From: Thermoproteota archaeon
Lineage (GTDB): Archaea > Thermoproteota > Thermoprotei > Thermofilales > B9-G17
Length of the DNA: 64,000 nt
Direction: 5' to 3'
NCBI GenBank assembly: GCA_029258885.1
Contig: JAPDJW010000003.1
Coordinates: 98,718-162,717, forward strand
The translations under genes were made by a program, and so were the position numbers. The notes below the pieces were generated by a model. It ran no database searches. It worked only from the letters and a program-made list of their open reading frames with translations, and was not told the origin of the DNA. This document shows positions 20,715 through 30,969 of the stretch, one piece after another. The first letter of the stretch is position 1, and every line of letters starts with the position of its first letter.

Positions 20715-21542
20715 ATGGAGAGGCTTATTAAGGAGGCATTAAGCTTAGGCATTGATCCTGAAACTTACCTCAGGGAGGTAATTCAAAAGCTAATCCTGTA
20801 CAGTTACGTAATTAATAATTTAGGTAGCTACTACGTCTTCCAGGGAGGAACAGCCTTAAGGCTATTCTACAATTCTCCTCGATTCTCATTAGATATGGAT
20901 TTTAGCCTCATTAATCGTAGCCTAACAAAAGCCATGGAGGATTCTACGAAAGTTCTAAATACTCTCTCCCACATCCTCGCCCCATACAAGGTAGAAGTTT
21001 CTAAATCTAGGGAAAAAGCCTTATTCGAGGAAAATTTCTATAGATTTTTCTACACGTTTAACACGCTTGGAATTATTAGGAGAAAAATAAGAATTAAGCT
21101 CGAAATCGCTGAAAGGAACTACATGAACGTTTCATTTAGTAGAAAAATTCTAACATTAGAGTTCCCTATTCATACCTCCATAGGATTAATTGTTAAAAGT
21201 CCAGCACAGCTCTTATGCGATAAAGTTACTTCCCTCGCTGGCGGCTTCCATAGGGGATACATTAGATGGAGGGATATCTTCGACATATATTGGCTTAAAA
21301 CCAAGATCAATGCTAGGATAGATTCCAACTATTTAAAGCAGGAATTCGGATCATATATTGAAACGAAGGAAGACTTAGAAAAACTAGTATCTAAGCTTAA
21401 GGCTCTTTCCGGCAAGGAATTAGGCGAGGCAAGTAGAGATCTAGGTAGAGTACTGCCCTCTTCTCTTCTCGACGAAAAACTACTAGCGGAGTATATAGGC
21501 GATGCCATTAAAGTTCTAGAGGAGGCGATTAGGGAGCTATGA
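20715..21542 (+). CDS. AbiEii/AbiGii nucleotidyltransferase toxin (type IV TA)
   Basis: VFQGGTALRLFYNSPRFSLDMDFS, CDK, RWRDIFDIY. Confidence 0.9.
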   Translation: MERLIKEALSLGIDPETYLREVIQKLILYSYVINNLGSYYVFQGGTALRLFYNSPRFSLDMDFSLINRSLTKAMEDSTKVLNTLSHILAPYKVEVSKSREKALFEENFYRFFYTFNTLGIIRRKIRIKLEIAERNYMNVSFSRKILTLEFPIHTSIGLIVKSPAQLLCDKVTSLAGGFHRGYIRWRDIFDIYWLKTKINARIDSNYLKQEFGSYIETKEDLEKLVSKLKALSGKELGEASRDLGRVLPSSLLDEKLLAEYIGDAIKVLEEAIREL

Positions 21543-22093
21543 GCATCCTAAGTTGGATAAAAATCTTCAACGATCTAAGAAGGAAGGGTATAAAAATTGT
21601 TCACGTAAGCTTCTTAAAAGCGGTAAGCGGCTTATCACCGAAAAGTCTATCAGTTGCCCTATGGAGGCTAGAGAGGAGGGGGCTAGTAGAGCGGGTTGGA
21701 AGGGGATGGTACTGCATAGATTGCTGTGAAACATGGGAAATAATTAGAGTAGTTTTCCCATCAGCCTACCTTACCCTAGAATGGGCTCTACACTACCACG
21801 ATATACTCGACCAGAGAGTTACCATTATAACTCTAGCATGGCTTGGAAAAACTAAAACCGTTAAAGTAGGCGAAAGAACCTACGAGCTACATAGGATTAG
21901 CAGGAAACTATACTTTGGATTTAACGATAAAATGATAGCAGAACCCGAGAAAGCTTTACTCGACACACTCTACTACAGGGGGAAACTCCCGCCAGAGCTA
22001 AACCTAGATCTACTGGACAAAAATAGGCTAGCCAAATACTCCGAAAAATACCCTCCGAGAGTCAGAAGAAAACTTAAAACCCTAATACCGTAA
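21539..22093 (+). CDS. AbiEi-like antitoxin
   Basis: wHTH LERRGLVERVGRGWY, AYLTLEWALHYH, IAEPEKALLDTLY; ATGA overlap with toxin. Confidence 0.85.
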   Translation: MSILSWIKIFNDLRRKGIKIVHVSFLKAVSGLSPKSLSVALWRLERRGLVERVGRGWYCIDCCETWEIIRVVFPSAYLTLEWALHYHDILDQRVTIITLAWLGKTKTVKVGERTYELHRISRKLYFGFNDKMIAEPEKALLDTLYYRGKLPPELNLDLLDKNRLAKYSEKYPPRVRRKLKTLIP

Positions 22094-22115
22094 CTCTTCT
22101 ACTCTCACCGTAAGA

Positions 22116-22433
22116 TTAGCTGCTGCTTTCATCCGATGATGCTCTCAAATCCTCCTCTAACTCCCTATAACCGTACTGAAGCTCAACCCCTCTCTTCCTC
22201 AGCTCTTCAATAATCTCCCAGAGGCTTAAACCCGCTAACTCGGCTGTCTTCCAGAGCGTAGCCCTACCTTCCCTATAGAGCTTTAATGCCGCTTCAATTC
22301 TCATCTCTCTAATCCCCTTAATCAGAATCTCCCTTACAATCTCGGCTTTATTTCTATTCTCAAGCTTAGCCAGTTCCTCAAGCTCCTTCTTAACCTCCCT
22401 TGGAATTCTAACTGAGAGAACCTCCAACCCCAT
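22116..22433 (-). CDS. UPF0175-family antitoxin (RHH N-terminus), orphan
   Basis: LSVRIP..., ALKLYREGRATLWKTAELAGLSLWE. Confidence 0.85.
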   Translation of the reverse strand: MGLEVLSVRIPREVKKELEELAKLENRNKAEIVREILIKGIREMRIEAALKLYREGRATLWKTAELAGLSLWEIIEELRKRGVELQYGYRELEEDLRASSDESSS

Positions 22434-22808
22434 TCACTTGATATATATCCGTATACAAGGATATAAACCTTTTACATAATCAGTTATTCTTACATCCAAA
22501 TCTGCCAGAAAACAAGGGAAAACATAGTTACCATAAATTTATACCTAATTTATTAATAGAGTAAGTATCAGTCTTCGACATATTTTGCATCCTTGTAAGG
22601 TCATGTTGATTTTGTTTTCTTATATTAAAGCTATCCCTCAATACGCACATATCCTTGCTGAAGGGTAAACGTTTCCCATTATCCAACAAAATGTTACTAT
22701 CCTCCATGTGAAATGAAATCAAGAAGGGGATATAGGAACTTTAAATACTTATGTAAGGTGTAGTATTAAAAATTGTAATCCTAATTTTAAGATATGAAGG
22801 GGGTAAAT

Positions 22809-23624
22809 ATGGATGTAGAGAGTCTCTCACGGGTTATGGATCGCCTCACGAGCAATAGGAGGTTCTACGTACTTCTCTACGTGCTAGGCTTCCTAATCCT
22901 ACAGCCCTACGCCTCGAAGGGCTATTCCTGGCAGGAGATGTGGAGCGTAATCAAGGAGGTGGTGGTATACAATGCAATCATATACAGGCTAGTAGACCTA
23001 GCTTGGCCCTCCGCCCTACTGCATGTGTTCGCACTAGCCCTAATAACTGCTGTCGTAATCTGGGGGGATAAGGCGGCCAAAATCTTCAACATCTACACGT
23101 TCGTAGTCTACCTCATGATAGCTGTGGGTCAGGGAGTCGGCATCTCAGAGCGCTACGGCCTAATAATACTCACGGGCAACGTAATTCTGACACTTCTAGT
23201 CGCCTTCTCATGGGGCTGGGAGTGCCTAGTCGGCAGAAACAAGTTCAGGAGAAAGTTCTTCACCCCTAAGCATCTATGGCTAGTTCCTCTAGCAGCATGG
23301 GCGTATTGGTCGCCGCCGGAACCCTTCAAGCTGGATCCATCATACCTCTTAATTGGATACTTTGGAGTCTCCTACTGCTTCACCACACCAGTGATACTGA
23401 CCCTAATGATCCTCTACTACCCGGACGTGAACAAGCCCGTAATGAGGCTAACAGCTTTCCTAGGCCTAATCTTCAGCCTATACAACGTGGTGCCACCACT
23501 CATATACCTCGCACTCGGCACATACGTCATGGAAGCCATCTGGAGAGGTACAATCCTCCACCTTCCACTTCTCACCACAAGTGCCTACGCTCTTGTTATC
23601 ACAATCAAATCATTTAAGGATTAG
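22809..23624 (+). CDS. Multi-pass membrane protein of unknown function
   Basis: About 8 hydrophobic helices. Confidence 0.75.
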   Translation: MDVESLSRVMDRLTSNRRFYVLLYVLGFLILQPYASKGYSWQEMWSVIKEVVVYNAIIYRLVDLAWPSALLHVFALALITAVVIWGDKAAKIFNIYTFVVYLMIAVGQGVGISERYGLIILTGNVILTLLVAFSWGWECLVGRNKFRRKFFTPKHLWLVPLAAWAYWSPPEPFKLDPSYLLIGYFGVSYCFTTPVILTLMILYYPDVNKPVMRLTAFLGLIFSLYNVVPPLIYLALGTYVMEAIWRGTILHLPLLTTSAYALVITIKSFKD

Positions 23625-23929
23625 AAAACATAATTGGATTTTAAGCTTTAAGTGGAGTTCTCTGCCTAAAATATTCGATTCAGCCGTATCATCGCTTTGG
23701 ACCTCAATATTTTTCACTTCATAACCCGAGATGGACGTAAATAAGCCGAACAAATTAGCTAGCATACATGCTTAGTAGGGATAGTTGCTATAATTTCAAT
23801 TGTAGCGGCTAGGAGAAGATTAAAAGGATCATATTGCGAATACAAGAAAATTTCGTATAGCTAAAATCTGAAATAGCGTCAAAATTTTAAATCCATAAAA
23901 TGATTAAAAACTAGCTTAAAAGAGGAGAG

Positions 23930-26890
23930 GTGAGTAGCGTGAATAGGAAGATCTTACTTACTGTAACAATTTTGGCAATTATAGGGGTTAGTGTTCTCAG
24001 CTGGAAATCCGTTCTCATCAATCTGCTTCCCTCCTTCACCGCAAAGAATAGGCTAAGCAGTGGAAACACTTTACGAGCTGCTCCGCCGAAGCTATCCGAG
24101 ATTAAAGTTGCTATTCTCTACGAGCCTATAACCTGCTACAAGCCCTTTAATAGGACGTTAGAAGACATAATAAAAGTCTTAAACGAAACTGGAGCAGATT
24201 TTGTATTTAGGTGCTTCTGGAGGTGGAGCCCTTGTCCGGAAACACCAGAACAACTACCCCCTGGCAAGCTCAGGGAAAGGTGCGAGTACGCAGGCTATTA
24301 TTATCAGCATTTAAAGCAGGTCATATCGGTAATAAAAGCTTCCGCACCTAATATCATTCTCTGCGGCGCCATACCAGCCCAGAAGATAGATAGTCGTATC
24401 GTCTGGAACCCTATTACGGGCGAGGTCATAAGTTATCCCGAAACCTGGGAGATGGCTCTAGATCCGGGTAAGTGGGGGATTCCTGTCGAAAAGGAGAAGT
24501 TCCAGTGCTGGTTCGCTAAGACGCATCTCTGGGTTCCTAAAGACCTTAACTGGTGCGACTACGATCCAGCCGAAGCCCCAGCATATTTCCCCGACATAAC
24601 CAATCCTAAATTTCAGGAGCTACTGTTAAGCTGGGCTTATAAACAGATAGACTGTGGCGTAGACGCGATATGGATAGATATGCTTTTCTCCCAGGCAAGG
24701 TTCCTAGCTAAGATAGCTGGAGATGTACATCACAAGGCTGTTAGAGAATCTCTTGAAGCCGCCTGCTGGATAGTCGACATGATACATAATTATGGTCTTT
24801 CAAAGGGTCGATACATATACGTGGGCAGCTGGCCCGGAGCTATTAATTTCCCGTATACACCTCCCAAGTTGGATTTCGTCACGATATCCCCTTCCTCGAG
24901 AGAAATATTTTACATGGAACTTAACGAAACGAAGTATGACGAAATGCTTACGTCAATAAGAAATACGTGGAGAGATATACCCGTATTTGCGTTTTTAGAC
25001 TGGGCGGCTACTACAAAAACTCCTCTCGGAGTATTCAGCCAGAATTTAACTAGAGAGCAGCAAAGGGCTTTTCTCAAAATAGCGGATAAGTTCTTCCAGA
25101 CTAAAGGCATAAACTTCATCTATCCGGTACACGGAGGTTCTCTGGGCGTTGATGCTACGATTAAGGCTTTCGGAAAATTCGGAGTATACGACAGCCAAGC
25201 CCCCGAATTTGACACCTACGAGATTATCGTAGAGCTGGCTCGAAGCAAGGCATCGTTAAAAAGTGGGGAGGTAGATGTAATAGATCTTAGAGGGGAAGAT
25301 CTAAAGACTAGATTGCTCGTACTCAGCTTGCAGGGAATAGTGAATAGGGAGAAGCCACAACTCTACGTATTGTGGGAGAGTAAGCGTGTAGAACCTACAG
25401 CATCTGAAAGATGGCTAGAATACTATAGAGGGAAAGGGTGGATTAAAGGATATAAAATCATCAGTATTGAAGAGGCTCTTGAAAAATATAGGGAGTATTT
25501 GAAAGGTGTGGTAGTTTACGACCCAGAGCTTCCTGCAACTATTAACCTGGCTATATCCCTAGCCGGAGTATATGATTTAGTAGTGGCTCATCCAGATTTT
25601 ATGCCAATGCTTGCTAAACATGGTCTGGAAGTTAAGTATGATTTAAGAGGCAGGTTTAAAGATAGAATAGAAGCTCACAAATGGCAGTTAGAGAATGTTT
25701 TTCCATACTGTAATAGGAGCTTGATAAATCTCTTCCCAACAATAGAGGGGGTAATGATATATAGGGTTTCTATAATCGACTACGTAATAGCGAACAGAGC
25801 TTGTTCGATAGGGTTAAATGTAAAGGAAGATGAAGCACTGATCGGCGAGTACTACGAGAAGATGAATAAATTCGCTATAGCGCTAGGATATCCTGAGGAT
25901 GGAGCACTAGAAAGGCCGTGGGTCGAGCTGACGTCGAAGTACGGTCTTCTCAATGTGCTGGCTACAGTCTTCTCTCCCAATTTTTCATTCCATTCGAAAA
26001 TGCCGGCGAAGAGAAAATATGAGCAAGACCATAGGTTCGAGGTAACGCTAGACCCAGATAAAATCTACGTAGCATTCGCGGTCTCAGATTTAGGATTAAA
26101 CAACATGCAGGATTTCTACTATGAGATGTGGCTTAGCGAAGCTAGAGGAGACGTGCCTATAAGCTGGTGGCTTGACCCAATAGTCGTCGAGTTCTGCCCG
26201 GGAATAGTACAGTACTACTATGAAACTAAAACCCCAAACGACTACTTCTACTCAGCCCACGTCGGCGGGAGAATAAGAGCTTCCGACTTCCCTTACCTGG
26301 ATGATTACTTGAGGAGAGGGCAGAAATATCTAAACATGTGTTCGCTTAAAATAGTAGCTTTCAGCAACCACCATAAGAAAGACGATAGAGTGTTTAAGCT
26401 TTACTCGGAGACTCTAGATGTAGAAGGCTTCGTTTTCGGATTTGGACCAGAGTTCAAGGAAGATTACTGGCTGGTCGACGACAAAGTGTGGATAGTGCCT
26501 AGATATATGGGAAGCCCTGAAGCCGCATTTAATGCAGTAAAAAACTACATAGATTCTAAACAGGAGAGACCTCTCTTCATAGTGATTGGAATAGGATTAT
26601 GGTACTACCCTGAAGTCGAAGATATATTAGAGATCAGGGATATGTTGAAGGAAGAATATGGTGATCAAATACTGTTCTGTAGACTCGACGAGCTTATCGC
26701 TGCTGCCAAACAATACAGCCTAACATATAAGCCGGTTGAGAGCAAACTTAAACTACTGATAATTATTCTAGCACTAGTGATCATAGTTTTAGTAGCATCT
26801 CTAATACTTCTTCATCTCAAATATAGGAAACCTACCCTCAACTCTCGGACCCAAGCTAATCCAAGATCCCACGTTAAATGCACCACCTAG
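23930..26890 (+). CDS. Extracellular fusion: GH-like TIM-barrel + GxGYxYP putative glycoside hydrolase, C-terminal TM anchor
   Basis: Signal/TM; YFPDITNPKFQ...GVDAIWID; LSLQGIVNREKPQLY, GVVVYDP, YYYETKTPNDYF; C-terminal TM. Confidence 0.7.
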   Translation: MSSVNRKILLTVTILAIIGVSVLSWKSVLINLLPSFTAKNRLSSGNTLRAAPPKLSEIKVAILYEPITCYKPFNRTLEDIIKVLNETGADFVFRCFWRWSPCPETPEQLPPGKLRERCEYAGYYYQHLKQVISVIKASAPNIILCGAIPAQKIDSRIVWNPITGEVISYPETWEMALDPGKWGIPVEKEKFQCWFAKTHLWVPKDLNWCDYDPAEAPAYFPDITNPKFQELLLSWAYKQIDCGVDAIWIDMLFSQARFLAKIAGDVHHKAVRESLEAACWIVDMIHNYGLSKGRYIYVGSWPGAINFPYTPPKLDFVTISPSSREIFYMELNETKYDEMLTSIRNTWRDIPVFAFLDWAATTKTPLGVFSQNLTREQQRAFLKIADKFFQTKGINFIYPVHGGSLGVDATIKAFGKFGVYDSQAPEFDTYEIIVELARSKASLKSGEVDVIDLRGEDLKTRLLVLSLQGIVNREKPQLYVLWESKRVEPTASERWLEYYRGKGWIKGYKIISIEEALEKYREYLKGVVVYDPELPATINLAISLAGVYDLVVAHPDFMPMLAKHGLEVKYDLRGRFKDRIEAHKWQLENVFPYCNRSLINLFPTIEGVMIYRVSIIDYVIANRACSIGLNVKEDEALIGEYYEKMNKFAIALGYPEDGALERPWVELTSKYGLLNVLATVFSPNFSFHSKMPAKRKYEQDHRFEVTLDPDKIYVAFAVSDLGLNNMQDFYYEMWLSEARGDVPISWWLDPIVVEFCPGIVQYYYETKTPNDYFYSAHVGGRIRASDFPYLDDYLRRGQKYLNMCSLKIVAFSNHHKKDDRVFKLYSETLDVEGFVFGFGPEFKEDYWLVDDKVWIVPRYMGSPEAAFNAVKNYIDSKQERPLFIVIGIGLWYYPEVEDILEIRDMLKEEYGDQILFCRLDELIAAAKQYSLTYKPVESKLKLLIIILALVIIVLVASLILLHLKYRKPTLNSRTQANPRSHVKCTT

Positions 26891-27186
26891 AAGCATTAAC
26901 GTATCTTCCAATTCCCGGAATGTATTTATTCGATGTGATAAGATATTCCACGATAATGGGCTAAATAATGCTCATGATTAAACTCTTCTGTTAATTTTTA
27001 TTATGTTAGCTGTTTTTCTAAAACATTTTGTCTCTATATATGCTAGGCTATTGATTTTCTTAAGTATTTCTAACGCTTTCTTGATGTAATGCTTCTTAAA
27101 GGGATAAGAGGACAAAAATTATCGTTACGGTAATTATAGCTAAAATAGATAGAAGGTAGTGTTTCCTCTCGCAATCCCCTGTTAGC

Positions 27187-27972
27187 TTACACTTCCTCCA
27201 CGTAGAATTCACAATAGGGATCACCTTTTGCAATGCACTTGGATTCTATAACTCTTACGTCTGCCTTTAGCAAGCCTGAAAGTAGTCCGCTTAGATGACC
27301 CCTGATGAACTGGCTTACGGGTTTATCGGAGCCCTTGAAGATCTTACACTCGATCGAGTCGTAAAGTCTTAAGACAATATTCGTAGCTTGAGGATCGTAC
27401 TCTACAAGCTCTACTCTCCCCAAGCCGCCAGCCTGGTAAGTCTTTAAAACTTCAACCAATAGCTCCCTACCCTTCAAGCCAAACTTCTCCGAGAGATATT
27501 CTGCTAGAAACCTACCGCCTGAATAGGCTAAATGATAGAGGAAAACAGCAGCTACTTCACCCAGTTTTCCGTATAGACCTTTAATCATCTCTTGGAAGTC
27601 ATGCTCAATGAGTATGAGAGAGCGAACTCCCGGGAAAACGTATAGTGGGAATGCGAATTCATCCATCATAAATCCTCTCACTGGAGGTTTCTTGACGTAT
27701 ACTTTTTCGCCTGTTGCGAGCTCAAGCTCCCTCCTAACGAGCTCGACATCAATATCTAAATCTGTGAAATCAGCGAAAATGAAGACAGGAGCCCTATCCC
27801 AACTTGGTAAGGAGTAAGCACTAACGTTTAATATGTTAACACTGTGTCTGGCAAACACCTCGAGTGCTTTCATAAGCCTACCGGGCTTATTAACCACGGT
27901 AAAATAAAACTCGACTATATCTCTATCCTCGGCGTACACCATCCAAGGAACATACCTCTCAAACACAACCAT
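27187..27972 (-). CDS. ACT + V4R domain protein
   Basis: NKPGRL...HSVNIL; YDSIEC, FIRGHLSG, ESKCIAKGDPYCEF; start revised to ATG 27972 after GGTG. Confidence 0.85.
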   Translation of the reverse strand: MVVFERYVPWMVYAEDRDIVEFYFTVVNKPGRLMKALEVFARHSVNILNVSAYSLPSWDRAPVFIFADFTDLDIDVELVRRELELATGEKVYVKKPPVRGFMMDEFAFPLYVFPGVRSLILIEHDFQEMIKGLYGKLGEVAAVFLYHLAYSGGRFLAEYLSEKFGLKGRELLVEVLKTYQAGGLGRVELVEYDPQATNIVLRLYDSIECKIFKGSDKPVSQFIRGHLSGLLSGLLKADVRVIESKCIAKGDPYCEFYVEEV

Positions 27973-27979
27973 AACACCA

Positions 27980-28014
27980 CATGCGGCATTGAGCCGCATG
28001 AAAAAAAAAAAAAA
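27980..28014. promoter_or_regulatory. Perfect 8-bp palindrome plus A14 tract in leader of ACT-V4R gene
   Basis: CATGCGGC-ATTGA-GCCGCATG followed by 14 A. Confidence 0.5.
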
Positions 28015-28094
28015 GAATTTAAATGTAACGTTTAAAGTGTTGAAAATAATTAAAAGTATGAATAAGTTTCTCGGAATTTTATTCAGAAATAGCT

Positions 28095-28173
28095 TCACGG
28101 AGGCCTGCCCTCAGTGCTGTGCGTGTTCGGGAACGCTCGGAGGACCGGAGTCGTCCAAGGCTATACGACTAGC
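28095..28173. ncRNA. Candidate structured RNA or small insertion
   Basis: GC-rich island in AT-rich spacer with stems GAGG/CCTC, GTGTTC/GAACGC, AGTCGT/ACGACT. Confidence 0.3.
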
Positions 28174-28407
28174 TTTTTAATTCTCGAGGATTATGGGCTC
28201 ACATATCATCGTCCTTCCGTCAATGGGATATATTTTGTGGTCAGCACTCAAGATCTTCTTCATTTCTCTGCAGGGCCAGAGTCATCATCTAATTTAATCT
28301 AGGAATTAGTAGTATTAATTTTTAACCTAGCATTATTCTATGATATGTTTTTCGCGGATTAGGCGATGGCCTGTAGTTTTATAATGGTTTACCACCTTAA
28401 ACTAGTG

Positions 28408-30373
28408 ATGTCTATAGCTTCGGTATGCCCTAGGGATTGCTACGATACCTGTTTTCTAAAGGTTGTTGTTAGAGGCGGTAGGGTAGTATCCGTTGTAGGC
28501 GATGATGCGAATCCTATTACGGGAGGTTTTACGTGTCCGCGAGGTGCTCGTGACAACGTTAGAGTATACGTCAATAGAGTCCTCTATCCATACGTTAGGG
28601 CTTCGCCTAAGCCAGGCAGGGGATTTAAGCGTGTTAAGTGGAGCGAGGCATTGGACTACGTGGTTGATAGGCTTAAACATGTTCTAAAAAACTATGGTCC
28701 TAAAGCCGTGCTTCACCTCGAGTATGCCGGTAACATGGGTCTATTAACGTGGTATTTTCCTCAGAGGCTTTGGAATGCATTAGGGGCCGTGGGTACCGAC
28801 TACAGCATCTGTAGCAAGTCTGGTCATGAAGCCATATCCCTACACTATGGCCTAAGCTATGGTGTTCAGCCAGATGAACTCCCTAACATGAGGCTGATAG
28901 TATATTGGGGATTTAACGCCGTAGTTAGCTCACCTCACTTATGGAGGCTATCTCTAGAGGCTAGGAAAAACGGAGCTGTTATATCTGCTGTAGACCCTAG
29001 GAGTAGTAAGACCGCTAAGCTTGCTGATATATGGGTTAATCCTAGGCCTGGAACCGACGTTGCCATAGCATATGGTATCTCCCGATATATCATAGAGCAC
29101 GGCTATATTGATGAAGATTTCATTGAGAGATGGACGTATGGATATGAACAGTTTAGGGAGGAAGCTATGAGGTGGACGCCCGATAGAGTTGAAGCCGTAA
29201 CTGGCGTTAGATGGAGGCTTATTGAGGAGCTCGCTGACGTATATTGTAGGCTGAGGCCCAGCGTGACGATGATTGGAATAGGACTACAGAAGAGCCTCTA
29301 CGGCGCTGAATCCGTTAGGGCGATATCCCTAATACCAGCTCTACTAGGCATTCATAGAGGATTCTTCTACAGCAACAGTAGGGGCTGGTATATCGATATA
29401 CCCTACATATCTGGAGAAAAGTTCCTTAAGAATAAGCCTCCTAAAGTTAGTCAGGTCGCTTTAAGCAGATATATTGAGGAGGGACGCTTTAAGTTCATAT
29501 TTATCTACAACATGAATCCCCTCGTAACCCTACCCGATCAGGGAGCATTGAGGAGGGGATTAGTGAGGAATGACGTATTTGTTGTTCTTCACGATACCCA
29601 CTGGGGCGAGACAGCGGACTACGCCGACGTAGTTCTTCCAGCCCCAACCTACCTTGAGAAGGATGATCTAGTGATATCCTACAGCCACAGGTACGTTAGG
29701 ATATCGAGGAGGGCTATAAAGCCTCTCGGAGATAGCAGGGATGAAATCTGGCTCATGAGGGAGATAGCTAGGAGGCTGAATCTAAACGTAAGCTGGATAT
29801 TTGAGGACCCATGGGGGGGCTCTTGAAAAGGCTTTAGATAATGCATTTGAAGATGGATGTTTCAGAGACCTAGTTGAGGGGAAGATACTCAAGCTTAAGT
29901 ACAGGCCGAGAAATGAGTATCAGACGCCGACGGGCAGGATAGAGTTCTATTCAATTAAGGCGGAGAGGGAGGGGCTTAATCCGCTACCCCAATACCATGA
30001 ATTCAGTATAGGTGAGGATGAATTCATTCTGTTAAATAGTTCAACTGCAAGATACACGCATACTCAGTTTAGGGAGGTATATGGTCCAATACCGCCTATT
30101 GTCCTAATAAATCCTAAGGATGCCGAGAGACTTGGAATAGAAGAGGGAGACGAAATAGAAATCTACAACGAGCTGGGCTCAATTAGAGTAGTAGCACACA
30201 CATCGTTAGATGTATCAGTCAAAGTATTATGGTCGCCGAGACAACTAATAGATCTAAGCGGTAAACCACAGAATGTAATCACTCTATCTAGGAGACAGAA
30301 AATAGGGGGAGGACCAATATTTAACTCAATAATCGTTAAGATAAGAATATCCGTCGATAAATTAGTAGGCTGA
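28408..30373 (+). pseudogene. Molybdopterin-dependent oxidoreductase (DMSO reductase family), frameshifted in G7 tract
   Basis: CPRDCYDTC, ADYADVVLPAPT; frame break at GGGGGGG 29813-29819; TPTGRIEFYS and INPKDAERLGI in next frame. Confidence 0.85.
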
Positions 30374-30449
30374 TTCGAATATGAGTATAAGCTTTATGGA
30401 TTCCTAACTTAATGGAATTTCTTAAATAACAACCATTAAAATATGTTCC

Positions 30450-30723
30450 ATGGTGATGCAGTACGTATCGATATAAAGTTAAGGTTCTCTCAGGCTATAG
30501 AGTGACTATACCTAAGGAGGTTAGGGATAAGTTGGGGCTGACCGTAGGTGATGAGATGGAGGCAGTAGTTGAAGATAATTGCCTTATTTTACGTCCTCTT
30601 AAATTACCTAAAGATCCTGTTCTAGCCATGTTAGGGATAGTGAGCAGCAATGAATTCAAATTAAAGGATTACGAGGAGGCTGTAGCTAAAGAGTTAAAGG
30701 AGAAGCTTGAGAGAAGTCAATAG
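30450..30723 (+). pseudogene. AbrB/MazE-type antitoxin, orphan; upstream ATG out of frame
   Basis: KVKVLSGYRVTIPKEVRDKLGLTVGD; ATGs 30450/30456 in a different frame; no intact toxin downstream. Confidence 0.6.
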
Positions 30724-30969
30724 CGAATATCTATGTAGTTTCTTGGCGCGCTGAGATAAAGCGTACCTTTAAGGTTGATTAAAATTTCAGCTTTACTAAT
30801 CCTACATCAATCCTATAGTGCCTAGCTCCTCTATGGAGTTCCCTTAATTAAAGGCTACTTGATAGCATCGGTTGATAAAAGCATATCTAAGTAGTTTTAC
30901 TGAAGCATCCCTATGTTCTATTTACAAGAATGTTAAGACTTATAAGGCTTGAAGGCGGTTAAATTCTCC

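Noticed and set aside
22528-22722. 64-aa minus-strand ORF
   Set aside because: No recognisable motif; likely a chance ORF or unidentifiable debris
27973-28098. N-terminal extension of V4R ORF (poly-Phe) and the antisense poly-Lys ORF
   Set aside because: Artefacts of translating the A14 tract; better start at 27972
28095-28173. HDV-like ribozyme reading of the GC island
   Set aside because: Stem order is loosely similar but P1 is too short and the P1.1 GG is absent
28361-28415. Fluoride riboswitch-like GGCGATGG
   Set aside because: Complementary CGCC stem and 3' pseudoknot motif are missing
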